Positions 10,991 to 23,298 are shown, counted from the stretch's first letter. The stretch: 64,000 nucleotides of DNA from Flectonema sp. DT1601 (GCA_964019425.1 OZ025802.1:124001-188000), one strand, 5' to 3'. Numbers and translations: made by a program. The notes: generated by a model from the letters alone, not told the origin.

Positions 10991-12343
10991 TCAGAAGGTA
11001 TCATCATCTTTTCTTCGTTTGATTGACTGAAGATCATAATGACTCTCATAGCCAGGACAACACTTCCCAGCGACAATACCATAAGTGAGTATGGTGTTGT
11101 TAATCTGTTGTTGATATTCGAGACATTTTTCGTTACTGTGATTACACTTGTCAAGTATGTCTTTTGCACGGCTTTCATTTATGAAAAGCTGAAGGCATTT
11201 TAAACAGTTCGGAATTGGAATTACTTGAGGAGATCTGTTGGGATCTGATATCGAAATGTTTTTATCAGGAAAGGTGATAATTTCAACAGATCCTTCAGTT
11301 GTTACACAAAGTTTATAAAGTGAAGGACTGTTATCACCAACTGGACGAGGAACAGAACTTGCAAAGAAGCGCTCAGAGTGCAATTCGATGATTTGCTCTG
11401 CCAGTTTTGAAATCAGACTTTCCGAATGCAGAGCAGTCACAGACTGGTCAGAGATAGCGATATCTGTCAATTGATTGTTAAGAATACCACAATACACTGT
11501 TCCTCCTTTATATATCCATCTTAGAGGCAATGATAACTTGTCATTGTCAGTAAAGTCACAAGACCGTCGAATAGGAAGAGAAAGAGATTCCAATAACAAA
11601 TTATAAAGAGCTCCTAGAGAACATCCGTAAGACACGTCAACAGTTAAATGGACACTTGGAATATTTGATTTAGTTTTACAACTATGCGCAAACCCACGAG
11701 GAAGGTACAATCGATCTCCAGGATACAGAATAACAGAACCAGAAGTAAAACAACCAGAGAACTCTTTTGGTATTTCTGATATCATTTCATCATTTATTAA
11801 AGGGAGATCCTCAAGATCTTGATCAACACAGTTCAATTCATGTAAGGTTATGGTCCATCTCTTTGAACCAATTAATTGTGTGACAAATATGTTTTGTGCG
11901 TCACAGTGTCTTGAAAACCCTCTTTCATTGGCAGGGGTTACATAAACATTTGACCCTACTGGATGTCCTCCGAATAGTTTCTGAAGCTGAAACAAGTGAT
12001 TATGAATAGAAGGAGTTACTTCATGTCCGATAGCTAATCGAAGCGTCCATCCTTCTTCTTTGTGTAGTCTCCATTTTTCTTCAGCTGACGTTGTTTCCAA
12101 ATCAACAGATGACCAGATATTATTATCATCAACTCTACAGCAGTCTGTGTAGGTTTCATTTATTACGTTACGAAGTCTCATTTCATCATCAATCAGTTCG
12201 TGACCAGCTCCAGTATACTTCTCTCCCAACTTCCGCCTCACTACTACACAAGCAGTGTCCCAGTAGTCTCTAAGGTATTCACCACTACGTAAGTTATCAT
12301 ACCCAAGTAATACTTCCAGTTCATTCCAAGTAGTACTCGACAT
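10991..12343 (-). CDS. JmjC/cupin 2-oxoglutarate oxygenase, NO66/MINA53 (RIOX) family
   Basis: NVYVTP..GFSRHCD..IFVTQLIGSKRW and LYPGDRLYLPRGFAH give the HxD...H iron triad. Confidence 0.88.
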   Translation of the reverse strand: MSSTTWNELEVLLGYDNLRSGEYLRDYWDTACVVVRRKLGEKYTGAGHELIDDEMRLRNVINETYTDCCRVDDNNIWSSVDLETTSAEEKWRLHKEEGWTLRLAIGHEVTPSIHNHLFQLQKLFGGHPVGSNVYVTPANERGFSRHCDAQNIFVTQLIGSKRWTITLHELNCVDQDLEDLPLINDEMISEIPKEFSGCFTSGSVILYPGDRLYLPRGFAHSCKTKSNIPSVHLTVDVSYGCSLGALYNLLLESLSLPIRRSCDFTDNDKLSLPLRWIYKGGTVYCGILNNQLTDIAISDQSVTALHSESLISKLAEQIIELHSERFFASSVPRPVGDNSPSLYKLCVTTEGSVEIITFPDKNISISDPNRSPQVIPIPNCLKCLQLFINESRAKDILDKCNHSNEKCLEYQQQINNTILTYGIVAGKCCPGYESHYDLQSIKRRKDDDTF

Positions 12344-12468
12344 CTCTCTCTAAGTTCTGTTGAATGACTTAATACTTCAGAAGTCAACTTCCTCATAACA
12401 ATGGACAGATACCAAACCTGCTACGATACTCAATGGAAGACAAAACAAGAAGCGATTAGTCAGAAGTC

Positions 12469-14789
12469 GAGTGAGAGAAAAGGAGTTGAAGTTGCCAAGA
12501 AAGAAACACGAGTGACGTGTCCTATCTGAAGATTCCAATCAGAAGTCAGGACAATTTAGTTAGTCGTCAGGAGATTAACTTCCGACTGAGAGATCAGGTA
12601 TTAGAACTAAAGTGGTTTATCATCACAAGAGAGTGAGAGAGTTGAGAAGCCGCCAAGAAAGAAACACAAGTGACGTGTCCTATCTGAAGATTCCAATCAG
12701 AAGTCAGGACAATTTAGTTAGTCGTCAGGAGATTAACTTCCGACTGAGAGATCAGGTATTAGAACTAAAGTGGTTTATCATCACAAGAAAGTGAGAGTGA
12801 GAGTGAGAGAGTTGAGAAGCTACCAAGAAAGAAACACGAGGGTGACGTGTCCTATCTGAAGATTCCAATCAGAAGTCAGGACAATTTAGTTAGTCGTCAG
12901 GAGATTAACTTCCGACTGAGAGATCAGGTATTAGAACTAAAGTGGTTTATCATCACAAGAGAGTGAGAGTGAGAGAGTTGAGAAGCTGCCAAGAAAGAAA
13001 CACAAGTGACGTGTCCTATCTGAAGATTCCAATCAGAAGTCAGGACAATTTAGTTAGTCGTCAGGAGATTAACTTCCGACTGAGAGATCAGGTATTAGAA
13101 CTAAAGTGGTTTATCATCACAAGAGAGTGAGAGTGAGAGAGTTGAGAAGCTGCCAAGAAAGAAACACAAGTGACGTGTCCTATCTGAAGATTCCAATCAG
13201 AAGTCAGGACAATTTAGTTAGTCGTCAGGAGATTAACTTCCGACTGAGAGATCAGGTATTAGAACTAAAGTGGTTTATCATCACAAGAGAGTGAGAGTGA
13301 GAGTGAGAGAGTTGAGAAGCTGCCAAGAAAGAAACACAAGTGACGTGTCCTATCTGAAGATTCCAATCAGAAGTCAGGACAATTTAGTTAGTCGTCAGGA
13401 GATTAACTTCCGACTGAGAGATCAGGTATTAGAACTAAAGTGGTTTATCATCACAAGAAAGTGAGAGTGAGAGTGAGAGAGTTGAGAAGCTACCAAGAAA
13501 GAAACACGAGGGTGACGTGTCCTATCTGAAGATTCCAATCAGAAGTCAGGACAATTTAGTTAGTCGTCAGGAGATTAACTTCCGACTGAGAGATCAGGTA
13601 TTAGAACTAAAGTGGTTTATCATCACAAGAGAGTGAGAGTGAGAGAGTTGAGAAGCTGCCAAGAAAGAAACACAAGTGACGTGTCCTATCTGAAGATTCC
13701 AATCAGAAGTCAGGACAATTTAGTTAGTCGTCAGGAGATTAACTTCCGACTGAGAGATCAGGTATTAGAACTAAAGTGGTTTATCATCACAAGAGAGTGA
13801 GAGTGAGAGAGTTGAGAAGCTGCCAAGAAAGAAACACAAGTGACGTGTCCTATCTGAAGATTCCAATCAGAAGTCAGGACAATTTAGTTAGTCGTCAGGA
13901 GATTAACTTCCGACTGAGAGATCAGGTATTAGAACTAAAGTGGTTTATCATCACAAGAGAGTGAGAGTGAGAGAGAGAGTTGAGAAGCTACCAAGAAAGA
14001 AACACGAGTGACGTGTCCTATCTGAAGATTCCAATCAGAAGTCAGGACAATTTAGTTAGTCGTCAGGAGATTAACTTCCGACTGAGAGATCAGGTATTAG
14101 AACTAAAGTGGTTTATCATCACAAGAGAGTGAGAGAGTTGAGAAGCTACCAAGAAAGAAACACGAGTGACGTGTCCTATCTGAAGATTCCAATCAGAAGT
14201 CAGGACAATTTAGTTAGTCGTCAGGAGATTAACTTCCGACTGAGAGATCAGGTATTAGAACTAAAGTGGTTTATCATCACAAGAAAGTGAGAGTGAGAGT
14301 GAGAGAGTTGAGAAGCTACCAAGAAAGAAACACGAGTGACGTGTCCCATTTGAAGATTCCAATCAGAAGTCAGGACAATTTAGTTAGTCGTCAGGAGATT
14401 AACTTCCGACTGAGAGATCAGGTATTAGAACTAAAGTGGTTTATCATCACAAGAGAGTGAGAGTGAGAGAGAGAGTTGAGAAGCTGCCAAGAAAGAAACA
14501 CGAGTGACGTGTCCTATCTGAAGATTCCAATCAGAAGTCAGGACAATTTAGTTAGTCGTCAGGAGATTAACTTCCGACTGAGAGATCAGGTATTAGAACT
14601 AAAGTGGTTTATCATCACAAGAAAGTGAGAGTGAGAGTGAGAGAGTTGAGAAGCTACCAAGAAAGAAACACGAGTGACGTGTCCCATTTGAAGATTCCAA
14701 TCAGAAGTCAGGACAATTTAGTTAGTCGTCAGGAGATTAACTTCCGACTGAGAGATCAGGTATTAGAACTAAAGTGGTTTATCATCACA
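12469..14789 (-). repeat. Tandem array 1: 14 units of a 158-172 bp structured repeat (candidate ncRNA cluster or satellite)
   Basis: Marker gtggtttatcatcac at 12612, 12770, 12942, 13106, 13270, 13440, 13612, 13776, 13940, 14108, 14266, 14436, 14604 and 14774. Length variation is mostly in a (GAGAGT)n linker. Confidence 0.98.
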
Positions 14790-15134
14790 TTACAGATAAG
14801 TAACCATTACCAACGTAAACCTGTATAAAAATAAATAAACTGACAAGAATGAATAAAATTTTCAAAAAATGTAACTCAGGCAAAGCATGTCTAAAAAGAA
14901 ACAAAACAACAGAAAACTCTCACTCGTAATTTTCATCACAAAGTGGAGAACAGCTTTTTGTCAAAGCAGAAAGATGTTTCGTGCAGACTTAGTACATCGG
15001 TAAGTCATAATCTCACATACAAGTAGACTCAATTACACAGCATAGGATAATAAAAGAGAACAAACTACGCAGAAAGGTTAGTCAAAAAAAAAAATAAATA
15101 AAAAATAGCAGTAACAAAATAACAACTAAAAGAA

Positions 15135-15209
15135 AACCATTCAGATCAGCTATGTTTCGTTAAAACGCACGGGGACCATAAGAAATAAGTGCTTTTAATC
15201 TGAATAGTT
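15135..15209 (+). mobile_element. Short Helentron/HINE-like element, copy lacking the terminal hairpin
   Basis: AACCATTCAGAT...AATCTGAATAGTT inverted repeat. Interior tttcgtt..aaacgca..gaccataagaaataa is shared with 58365-58489. Confidence 0.65.
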
Positions 15210-15263
15210 TCAAACAATTAAAACAGATGACTATCAAACAAGACCACAGTATGAGTTTTTCTG

Positions 15264-18200
15264 TTAAACTGAATAAGTTGGAGATACGAACGCTTGTTTT
15301 GAACGTCGCTTCCCTTTCGCACTAGTTCGAGGTCTTACCTTCTCTAGATAAACTGATTGCTGTTTATGTGGTACAGTTGGTGGTGTTGGAGTACTGAAAT
15401 ATTTTTGTGAAGAACGAGCATCATTACTTAGTACGTCAGCAACATGAATTAACAGGCTGTGAAGATCAGAACAACGCTCTTGTAAATATTGTTCATAGTG
15501 AGGTAGCCAAGCTGATTTTAAGGCTGACCACCACTGTTGTAATTCAGAGAGGAGGTGATGAATGGAAACAGATCCGCTGTTCTGTTTGTTTGAATTACCA
15601 AGTGGACAGTTTCTTATAACGACGAGTAGATCATAGTCTACTTGTTGTTTTAGAATGAGTTTGGAATGCTTTGATTGAGTTTTGTTGAATTCCTCTATTT
15701 GATTCATCATTCTCTGGACTTCCTTTTCAAGTCTTTTTGTTCGATAGCTTTCTATCATTACAGGGAATGACATATTTGGGATATGATCATTCATGTAGTG
15801 AATCGGAGGAGATGGCTTACCTTTTTGAATTAACTGTTCTCTCGTTCGTAATTTTTGTTCTCTAATTAGAAGGTCCTCCTGAGCCTTGTTTAGTTGTATT
15901 TCTTGGTTACGAATCGCATTTATTCTTTTATTTAAAACATCTTTTGGATTGTCACTGTCAACCTGACTTACTGTCGTTGGTGATGATTCCAAAGGAGCTT
16001 GCAAACCGCTGTCTCTGGCTCGGACTTTTTTTTCGAGTTTTCGAATTCGCTTTTCTCTTGACTTCAGGAGTTCTTTGGCTTTTGATATTTCGAGTTCATC
16101 AGTTTTGAGTTGTTTCATCCTTTTTTTAATATCATTATCGAGAACTTCTTTTTCTATGTCGCTAGGATCACGAACAGTACTCGATGACAGCTGAAGTTCT
16201 TCACCCTGACGAGTTATAACATCGTAGGCAGCTTTTAAACGTGTTTTTACTTTTAAACATTCGGTACAGTCAGCTGACTGTTGTTCTTGTAACTGTTGGT
16301 AGGCTGACTCTGATTCTCTTGCTCTGTTAATAGCGCTTCTTACTTCGTTGTTCATAGAGTTCATGTTGTTTTGAATTTCTGTTAGTTTATCACTTGCTTT
16401 TCTAAGTTCTGTGTTTTCTAGTTGGAGCTCATTGGATTTATTCTCAAGGTGGTTATGAGATAATTCTAATGCAGTTATTCTTTGTTCGTAGCTGTCGATT
16501 ACTTCTGATTGTTTTAAACGTTGATCTCTTTCATTGTTTTGTTTTAATGTTTGAAGAGATTCAACTGATCCCTGCAGAGTTGTTATCTTCCTTTCGAAAT
16601 CTTCTTTCTCTAAAGTGAGTGTTGCTACATTTTGACTTGATGATAAGAATTGCTTCGATACTTCAGTTAATGATTTTTGTAGATCAGTAATCGTGTGTTC
16701 GTTGTTTAGTATTTTTTGATCGCGTTCTGCAATCTCATCGGACTTGTTTAACTGAAATTGGTTGACTTGTTTCTCATTTGCTTGGAGTTGTTGGTTCTGC
16801 AGCTGTGTTTGTTGCTGACTTGATTCAAGGAGTTCTTTTAAAGAAGAATTCTCCAACGTCAAATCACCAACTGCTGAGTTTAATATTTTTGTTTCTGATG
16901 ATAATTTTTCAACTTCAGTCAGCAGTGAAGTGACTTCCTCACTTTGATCGTTGTTGTTGTTGTTGTTCTCTAATTGTTGTTTTATTAAATTATTTTCTGT
17001 TGACAGATCGTCAATTGTTGTGTTTAGTAATTTTATTTCTGAAGTTAATTTATCAACCGTACCTTTCAGAGTGATTGTTTCTTCATTTTGTTGTTTCAGA
17101 TAATTGTTCTCCAAAGTAAGTTCATCAGTCGTCGTTTTTAACGTTTCAATCAGCGTTTCTAATTTGCTAATTTCATCATCAGCGAGAGGGACCGCATCGT
17201 CGATTTCATCATCGCCAGAAACGAAGGCTTCGGTGTAGTCACTTGGAGTTGCATATTCAGAAATAATGTCTTCCGGTTTTTCTCGTTTACGAGAATCACA
17301 TCCTTCTGCTTCGAGTTGTTGTTTTAGTATGTTGTTTTCTATTAATAGTTCTTTGACTTTTGTTTGTATCGCTTCGTCAACAACTTCTTCTGTTTGCATT
17401 TCGAAGTCATCCTTCTCAACTGCTGGAGTAGTCTTCTCTTTCAGTGAGATATTCTCTGTAGTCAGTTCATCAATTTTGGTGGTTAGAATTTTCACAGAAT
17501 CTTCTGTTGGTAAATTTGACTGCTTTTCTTTTAGTAAATTATTTTCTGTTTCCAACATTTGAACCTTCTCCGTGAGGGAAGTAATCTTCTCCGTGTGAGC
17601 GGCTTCGACGTCGTCTATGTTGTTAGTTTGTTTGATTGTTTCATTGTCAGCTAGTGTTTTCTTTAATGAAGTGATGTCTTTAGAGAGAGAATCTTCAACA
17701 GTTTTAAGTCGATTGTTTTCAGATGATAACTCAGTGAGTTGTTTGGTTGTGGTACTTAACTCCTCGGTAATCGTTTTCTCTGAAGTCACAACTGTTTCTA
17801 TCTTTTCAAGATATGATATTTCAAGGGAACGTTTCTCAGATTCAAAATTCGTAACCTGCTCAGACAATGAATTGATCTTCTCATTTAAAGAAGTAATTTC
17901 ACTAACCCGGGATGGGACGGCATTCTCAACAATCGGAAGCATCTCTAAACACAATAACTTCTGTTCGCTACTTAACGATGCTGACTGAAACTTTGCTGAG
18001 CTGGCAATCAAATCCGCACCCCCTGAAATTGCTATTCTCTTCACAACCTTTTCATCACCTTCCTTAGCCAACACCGCTAGTAAGTATCCACAGCAATATT
18101 CAATTTCTATATCCCAGTGGGTGTCAGTTCCCTTTTCTGATGCTAGTTGAATAACTCTGTCAAGAAGTCCGTGTTTTGAAGCATCCTCTGATACAACACT

Positions 18201-20318
18201 ACTCACATACACCGCCTGGGCGATAACCAGCAGCAGTGTTTTTAGCAACTGCTTGTTGGGATAATTTGATACAAAAAATGGAATAAAAAGTGACATATCC
18301 ACCTCCTGAGCAGCAGCTTGTGAAACTTCAACATCGGGATGACAGAGCAAGACACGAAGGAGAGAGAGAGCCTCTGGATAACCAGTCATATGATTCTGTA
18401 AGAAGTCTATCAGTTTGTGAGACAGTAGATTTTTTATATTTAATCTACTGACAGAGTTTTGATTAATGGCTGCGTGCAGTAAAGAAAAACATTTCTTGAC
18501 GTCAGCATCTGTTTCATGTTCTGCTGACTTTACTCTCTGCAACAGGTGCGTAACCCCACCTGGAGATTCTATTTGCAACATCTGTTTTTGAGCTTCCCCT
18601 GATGAGTTTATTATAACGAGCAACCCTTGTAAACACGCTTGTTGAGAATCTTCTTGAACTTCACCATTACCGAGTGTGTCTAGTAGGATGGTAAGGATTT
18701 GGTTATTTGCGTTGAATATGTGAATCCAGTTTTGATCATTCCCACTCAACACTGAGTAAATACAAGCAGCAGCTGAAGCAACCACCGTACTGTTTGATGC
18801 GTGTTGAGACATTACATCGACTAGTTTAATTATATTAGACGTTGGCCATGATGGAGGTGTTGTCGTATTTGTTTCTTCAAGTAGGTCAGCAGATGAAGTT
18901 GGTCTGAACTTTAGCATTAATAAAAGACATATTTCCGCAATCTGAGGAAGGACTCCAGGTGTGGCTGCAAGCTTTAATAGTAACTCTTCCATTCCCTTTG
19001 CTGAACACACCGACAATAATCCTTCTTCAACGTCTAAAGAATCACGAATAACGTCGAGGACTTCTCCTGTACCTCGTTCAGTTGTTGAGTTTAGGTCAGT
19101 GTGGTCAGTACTGGTAGTGTGTGATTTTTTTATAATAACACTCTTAGCAGTGTTTGATAAATTTAGAAGTTTCTTTCGAGTACAAGTCATTGACGCAAGA
19201 GTTTTTGAAACTGTACTGCTGAGTGAAAAAGCTCCCTTACCTGGAATCAACATAGCAGGAGAGAGAGAATGTTGATTTGATGAAAAGTTTTTTATACTCG
19301 ACACAGCACATGCTAATGCAGCAACCACATGACTTGAGATACGAGATTGTGATGTACAACAGATTTCTATTTCTAATAATGAACACAAGAACGCAGCTGT
19401 GTCATCTAAATCATTAGAAACTAACGATGATTGGAACTCATCGTTGCATATTGCTTGTCCAAGAAGGTTGCAGTAGATCTTTAAAAATGATTCGTCAGTC
19501 TTCATGTGAGAAACAGCACGTTTGTTGTCATTCACGACGGAGTATATTAGTTTTATATTATCAACGACACCCACAGAGACTTCGTCTGATAATAATAAAT
19601 ATTCAATCGCAGCAACTGCACAAGTCAATCCATGAATATCAGCATCATCAAGAACTCGAAGTAATGAATTACAAAGTGCTATCTGTTCTTCAATTGATAA
19701 AACACCAAGTGAAGCGTATTGCATTCCAAGCTCAATAGCATACCCTCTAATGTTTGGTGCATTATCTTCGCTAAGCCATTGGTTAACATGTTGAGCTTCG
19801 CCTTCAGCTACGAGTAGATTGCTTCCACTTCCATAAACTAGAGTTAGAGAAGGTATCAATTCAGCTTTAACAATTGAACTGTCGGAATATTGAGATAGCA
19901 CTTCAAGGATTACTAGCTTTGTTTGAGTGTGAGAATAGATTTCATTCGAGGATTGCTGTTCATCAAGCGCCATGTGTAAAGCTCTTGAAGAAAGACTGAT
20001 CATGTCGTTATATTCTAAATGTTGTTTCATGAAAACAACAATGTCGTTAATACTCATCCCAGATAACTCCGCAAGTATCTCAACCTTACCTCTATTCAAG
20101 TCGGGTGTTGATCTATCTATTCCTGATACTGGTGAGTACGGTAATGATATAGACTGAGAATCAGATCCACCAACCGAAGCGCATAACGGTAATGATGTCG
20201 GTGATTGTAATGGAGGTGACTGCGTCTCTGGTAGTTTCCTTTTATCTACCCTCATACTAAATAAATTTCGAAACGGCTCAACCGAATCATCGCTGAGGGA
20301 CGATTCATCATCTGACAT
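15264..20318 (-). CDS. Large hypothetical protein: ARM/HEAT-like helical N-half, long coiled-coil C-half
   Basis: Uninterrupted 1684 aa ORF. Amphipathic helical repeats to ~aa 800, then heptad repeats with recurring (L)TxENxxLK motifs. Confidence 0.75.
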   Translation of the reverse strand: MSDDESSLSDDSVEPFRNLFSMRVDKRKLPETQSPPLQSPTSLPLCASVGGSDSQSISLPYSPVSGIDRSTPDLNRGKVEILAELSGMSINDIVVFMKQHLEYNDMISLSSRALHMALDEQQSSNEIYSHTQTKLVILEVLSQYSDSSIVKAELIPSLTLVYGSGSNLLVAEGEAQHVNQWLSEDNAPNIRGYAIELGMQYASLGVLSIEEQIALCNSLLRVLDDADIHGLTCAVAAIEYLLLSDEVSVGVVDNIKLIYSVVNDNKRAVSHMKTDESFLKIYCNLLGQAICNDEFQSSLVSNDLDDTAAFLCSLLEIEICCTSQSRISSHVVAALACAVSSIKNFSSNQHSLSPAMLIPGKGAFSLSSTVSKTLASMTCTRKKLLNLSNTAKSVIIKKSHTTSTDHTDLNSTTERGTGEVLDVIRDSLDVEEGLLSVCSAKGMEELLLKLAATPGVLPQIAEICLLLMLKFRPTSSADLLEETNTTTPPSWPTSNIIKLVDVMSQHASNSTVVASAAACIYSVLSGNDQNWIHIFNANNQILTILLDTLGNGEVQEDSQQACLQGLLVIINSSGEAQKQMLQIESPGGVTHLLQRVKSAEHETDADVKKCFSLLHAAINQNSVSRLNIKNLLSHKLIDFLQNHMTGYPEALSLLRVLLCHPDVEVSQAAAQEVDMSLFIPFFVSNYPNKQLLKTLLLVIAQAVYVSSVVSEDASKHGLLDRVIQLASEKGTDTHWDIEIEYCCGYLLAVLAKEGDEKVVKRIAISGGADLIASSAKFQSASLSSEQKLLCLEMLPIVENAVPSRVSEITSLNEKINSLSEQVTNFESEKRSLEISYLEKIETVVTSEKTITEELSTTTKQLTELSSENNRLKTVEDSLSKDITSLKKTLADNETIKQTNNIDDVEAAHTEKITSLTEKVQMLETENNLLKEKQSNLPTEDSVKILTTKIDELTTENISLKEKTTPAVEKDDFEMQTEEVVDEAIQTKVKELLIENNILKQQLEAEGCDSRKREKPEDIISEYATPSDYTEAFVSGDDEIDDAVPLADDEISKLETLIETLKTTTDELTLENNYLKQQNEETITLKGTVDKLTSEIKLLNTTIDDLSTENNLIKQQLENNNNNNDQSEEVTSLLTEVEKLSSETKILNSAVGDLTLENSSLKELLESSQQQTQLQNQQLQANEKQVNQFQLNKSDEIAERDQKILNNEHTITDLQKSLTEVSKQFLSSSQNVATLTLEKEDFERKITTLQGSVESLQTLKQNNERDQRLKQSEVIDSYEQRITALELSHNHLENKSNELQLENTELRKASDKLTEIQNNMNSMNNEVRSAINRARESESAYQQLQEQQSADCTECLKVKTRLKAAYDVITRQGEELQLSSSTVRDPSDIEKEVLDNDIKKRMKQLKTDELEISKAKELLKSREKRIRKLEKKVRARDSGLQAPLESSPTTVSQVDSDNPKDVLNKRINAIRNQEIQLNKAQEDLLIREQKLRTREQLIQKGKPSPPIHYMNDHIPNMSFPVMIESYRTKRLEKEVQRMMNQIEEFNKTQSKHSKLILKQQVDYDLLVVIRNCPLGNSNKQNSGSVSIHHLLSELQQWWSALKSAWLPHYEQYLQERCSDLHSLLIHVADVLSNDARSSQKYFSTPTPPTVPHKQQSVYLEKVRPRTSAKGKRRSKQAFVSPTYSV

Positions 20319-21581
20319 CTGTCGTCACCTTTTTTTGAAATAAAAAAAATAAATTAAATATTTTAATCAAAAAAAAAACTAAAAAGAGAATAAAAAATAT
20401 AATAGTTAAATACCGTATTTTTTTTTTTTTTTTTTTTTTTTTTGGAATGCTGTTTTATGTATTTAGTTGAGGATATGAAAAAAATAATATTTTTTTTTTT
20501 TTTTTTTTTTCCCGCCTCCCCACCTCGTCTTGTTTGTTGTTTGTTATCGTGAGAATTTACGTAACCAATTAACAGAGGGTTTATATGTATTTACCGCATG
20601 CAGACAGATAATAAAATATTAACCAAATACCGCAATCAGGCAGAGCGAAGAAAGGATAACGTGTGCTTCAATATGTTTGGTATAGAAAAAAAGAAAACCC
20701 CGAATCGCACAGTGGCAACCAACCGGGTATGTTCTCCGAATTACATTTGAGAACAAGAATGAAACAAAAAATAAAATAAAAAAAAACATATATTATTATT
20801 TCACAGAATCTGATTGCTGAGTAATATAAGCTCATCTTCGACCATTCTACAAGGAGTTCTTACCGTAGTACAATCTCGTCATCACCACATAACGTAACAG
20901 AAATATGAATTTAGCTAAGGATACAATGTGTTCAGAAACAGAAAAAAAAGAGCTACCAAACTTCTGCTTTAAAAAAAAAAAAAAAAAAAATTGTGCGAAT
21001 CCGAAATCCGCAATAAAAATGTGTGGCTGACACTCACCCTCTTTGACTAGCTTTTTAAATATGAGAAGAAGCTTTTTTTTTAAAATGTCGCTCCGCTCAT
21101 GAGGTTTTTTTTTTTTTTTTTTGCTTGTGTCTTGTAATAGCAATTCAGGCAAAATATAAGAAAAAGAGAAAAAAAATAACGGCTGAAAATTTCACTTTTA
21201 TCACAGCTGGGTGATAACGCTGAATTGTTGAATAAAAGCTTAAAAAATGATAGATACTGTCAACGCAAGACGACACTGCTCAGAAAGACTGGAGTATAGT
21301 TGGGCCACAGAAAAAGAGAGTATTTTACACATGTAAGAATATCCACCACCCCCCCAAAAAAAAAAAAAAAAATTGCTTTTGAGAAGTCATGTGGCAATGA
21401 AAAAGGTTAACACGTCAGTCCCTTCCATTTTTTTTTTTTTTTTTTTTTTTTTCAAAAAAAAAACTTTTTGGCAAAGTGGGAAAATCAACCTCATCAACAT
21501 TAGCATAAACTGTCTGTTTTAAAATAAGATAATAAAAAAAATTAAAAAAAAAGAAGGTTAACACTGATGGTCCCTAATCTA

Positions 21582-23298
21582 TTACCTTAAATAGCGCTCG
21601 CGGTAACTGCTATCTGGTATTGCTGTTTTCGAGCTGGAATCAACTGTTGATCCGTTTTTTCTTCTGGATTCCTCTATTGTGATTAACAAATTAACTCTTT
21701 CTTCAAGGTCAGTAAGTAAATTATTAAGCTGTTTTTAGGTTATTATTAATATATAATTATATTGGATATAAAAAAAAATACATTTTGTTTTTATTTATTA
21801 ATGTTAAGCATACCCTATCGACATTTTGAGGTCGTTTATCACTACGATATGAAACAGGGGATCGTGATGTTCGGGCAGATTGCTGGTCAGAATCGGCATC
21901 GATATGACTTAGTAGTGAGGATCTCTTTCGTGGTATTCGAACTGGAGTAAGTGAACCAACACCGCCTCGTGGAGTCACAACCACAGTGCTGTTGCTACGT
22001 TGCGGAACTTGAGCTATTCTTGTAGGAGCCCCATCAACAGGCATGCTAAGGTTTATTTCTGGTATTACAATTCCCTGTTGTGGAATCCCCGGAGAAGGTT
22101 CTGAAGAAGGTCCACCAAGAGACGCATTTCGGCGGATCTTTTTTCCATGAATGCCTTTTTTCCGTCTTTTTCTCTCTCTTTTACGTTTCCTGTACTGTTG
22201 ATACGTATCTTGAAAGTTTTGTCCAATAATCACCATGGGAAACGCGATTACTAAAATGCCGCAAAGCATAGTTGCCGCTGCTACAAACCGACCTGCAGTA
22301 GAAAAGGGAACATCATCGCCATACCCAACAGTTGTGAGTGTAACGAGACACCACCAAGCGCTGTGAATGATTGATTGAAATGGACTCTTCATTTTAACGA
22401 CTACTCCTTCACTGTTAGTTCGATAAGCATACCAAAACCTACCCTCTGCATCAAATGAGAGGCTTTCTCTCTCAACGAAATACATCGCACTGCTGAACAA
22501 GATGGTAGAAATTAAAACTAAAAACAACATTAAATACAACCCTTCGGTGCTGTTTCGCAGACTACCGACAACGACATTGACCGCCTCGTTATATTTACTA
22601 ACTTTAAACACCCGAAACACACGCATAAGACGTAAAATCCTAATTATCAACAACCCCTTTGCTGCTCCTTTACCCACCCCCAATGAAATATAATACGGCA
22701 GTATTGACAAGACATCTATGACGGTGTACTTATCAAAAACGAAATCGTAGAGCGATGGACATGAAATGACTCTGAGAGCTAGTTCCACAGTGAAATAAGC
22801 AATGCAAATTGACTCAATTATGAATAACTCAGTGGGTGTTTTATCATGGTATCTCGGACTCGTTTCTATTACGAAATTTATAATTGATATTAATATAAAC
22901 AAAAGACCCACTCCAGATACGACTCTACTCATTATAGCATATGGAGGTACCGTACTTGCAGTGACTTCCATTGTAAGCCACAGTTTATTCTTCCAGGTAG
23001 TAGCAGGAACTATGGGGTCTGTTTCGTTGTGTTCGAGATCTTCGTTTGCAGCGAGTTTCATTTCTAATATTAATTTCTTAGAACAGTTTGAACATTGCCA
23101 ATCAGCTACCACGTGAGTCGATTTCACAGGTATGGCTACCAGTTCTTGTTCGAATTCATCAGAGGAAAGTGTCCCAATACGATCTCTACTTTTCCGTCTG
23201 ACTAATTCTATCTGCTTAGTTCCAATTTCAGAATCAGTCACGCTACTTAACAAGTCTTGCTGCACAGTCGCGGATGCTGCAACGATTGCAACCGCCAT
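21582..23298 (-). CDS. Voltage-gated K+ channel (Shaker/Kv-like, no evident T1 domain); exons 21814-23298 and 21582-21728
   Basis: S4 IRILRLMRVFRVFK, pore TTVGYGD. Phase-0 intron 21729-21813 (GTATGC...AAAAACAG) joins ...NVDR to LNNLLTDLEERV...RYLR-stop. Confidence 0.92.

Noticed and set aside
12469..14789. CRISPR array interpretation
   Set aside because: No unique spacers (the linker is just (GAGAGT)n), the unit is far too long, no cas genes, eukaryotic context.
12612..14828. Repeated 60-64 aa + strand ORFs (MVYHHK...) in both arrays
   Set aside because: GTG starts, frame shifts between units and opposite strand to all genes; these are by-products of the repeat.
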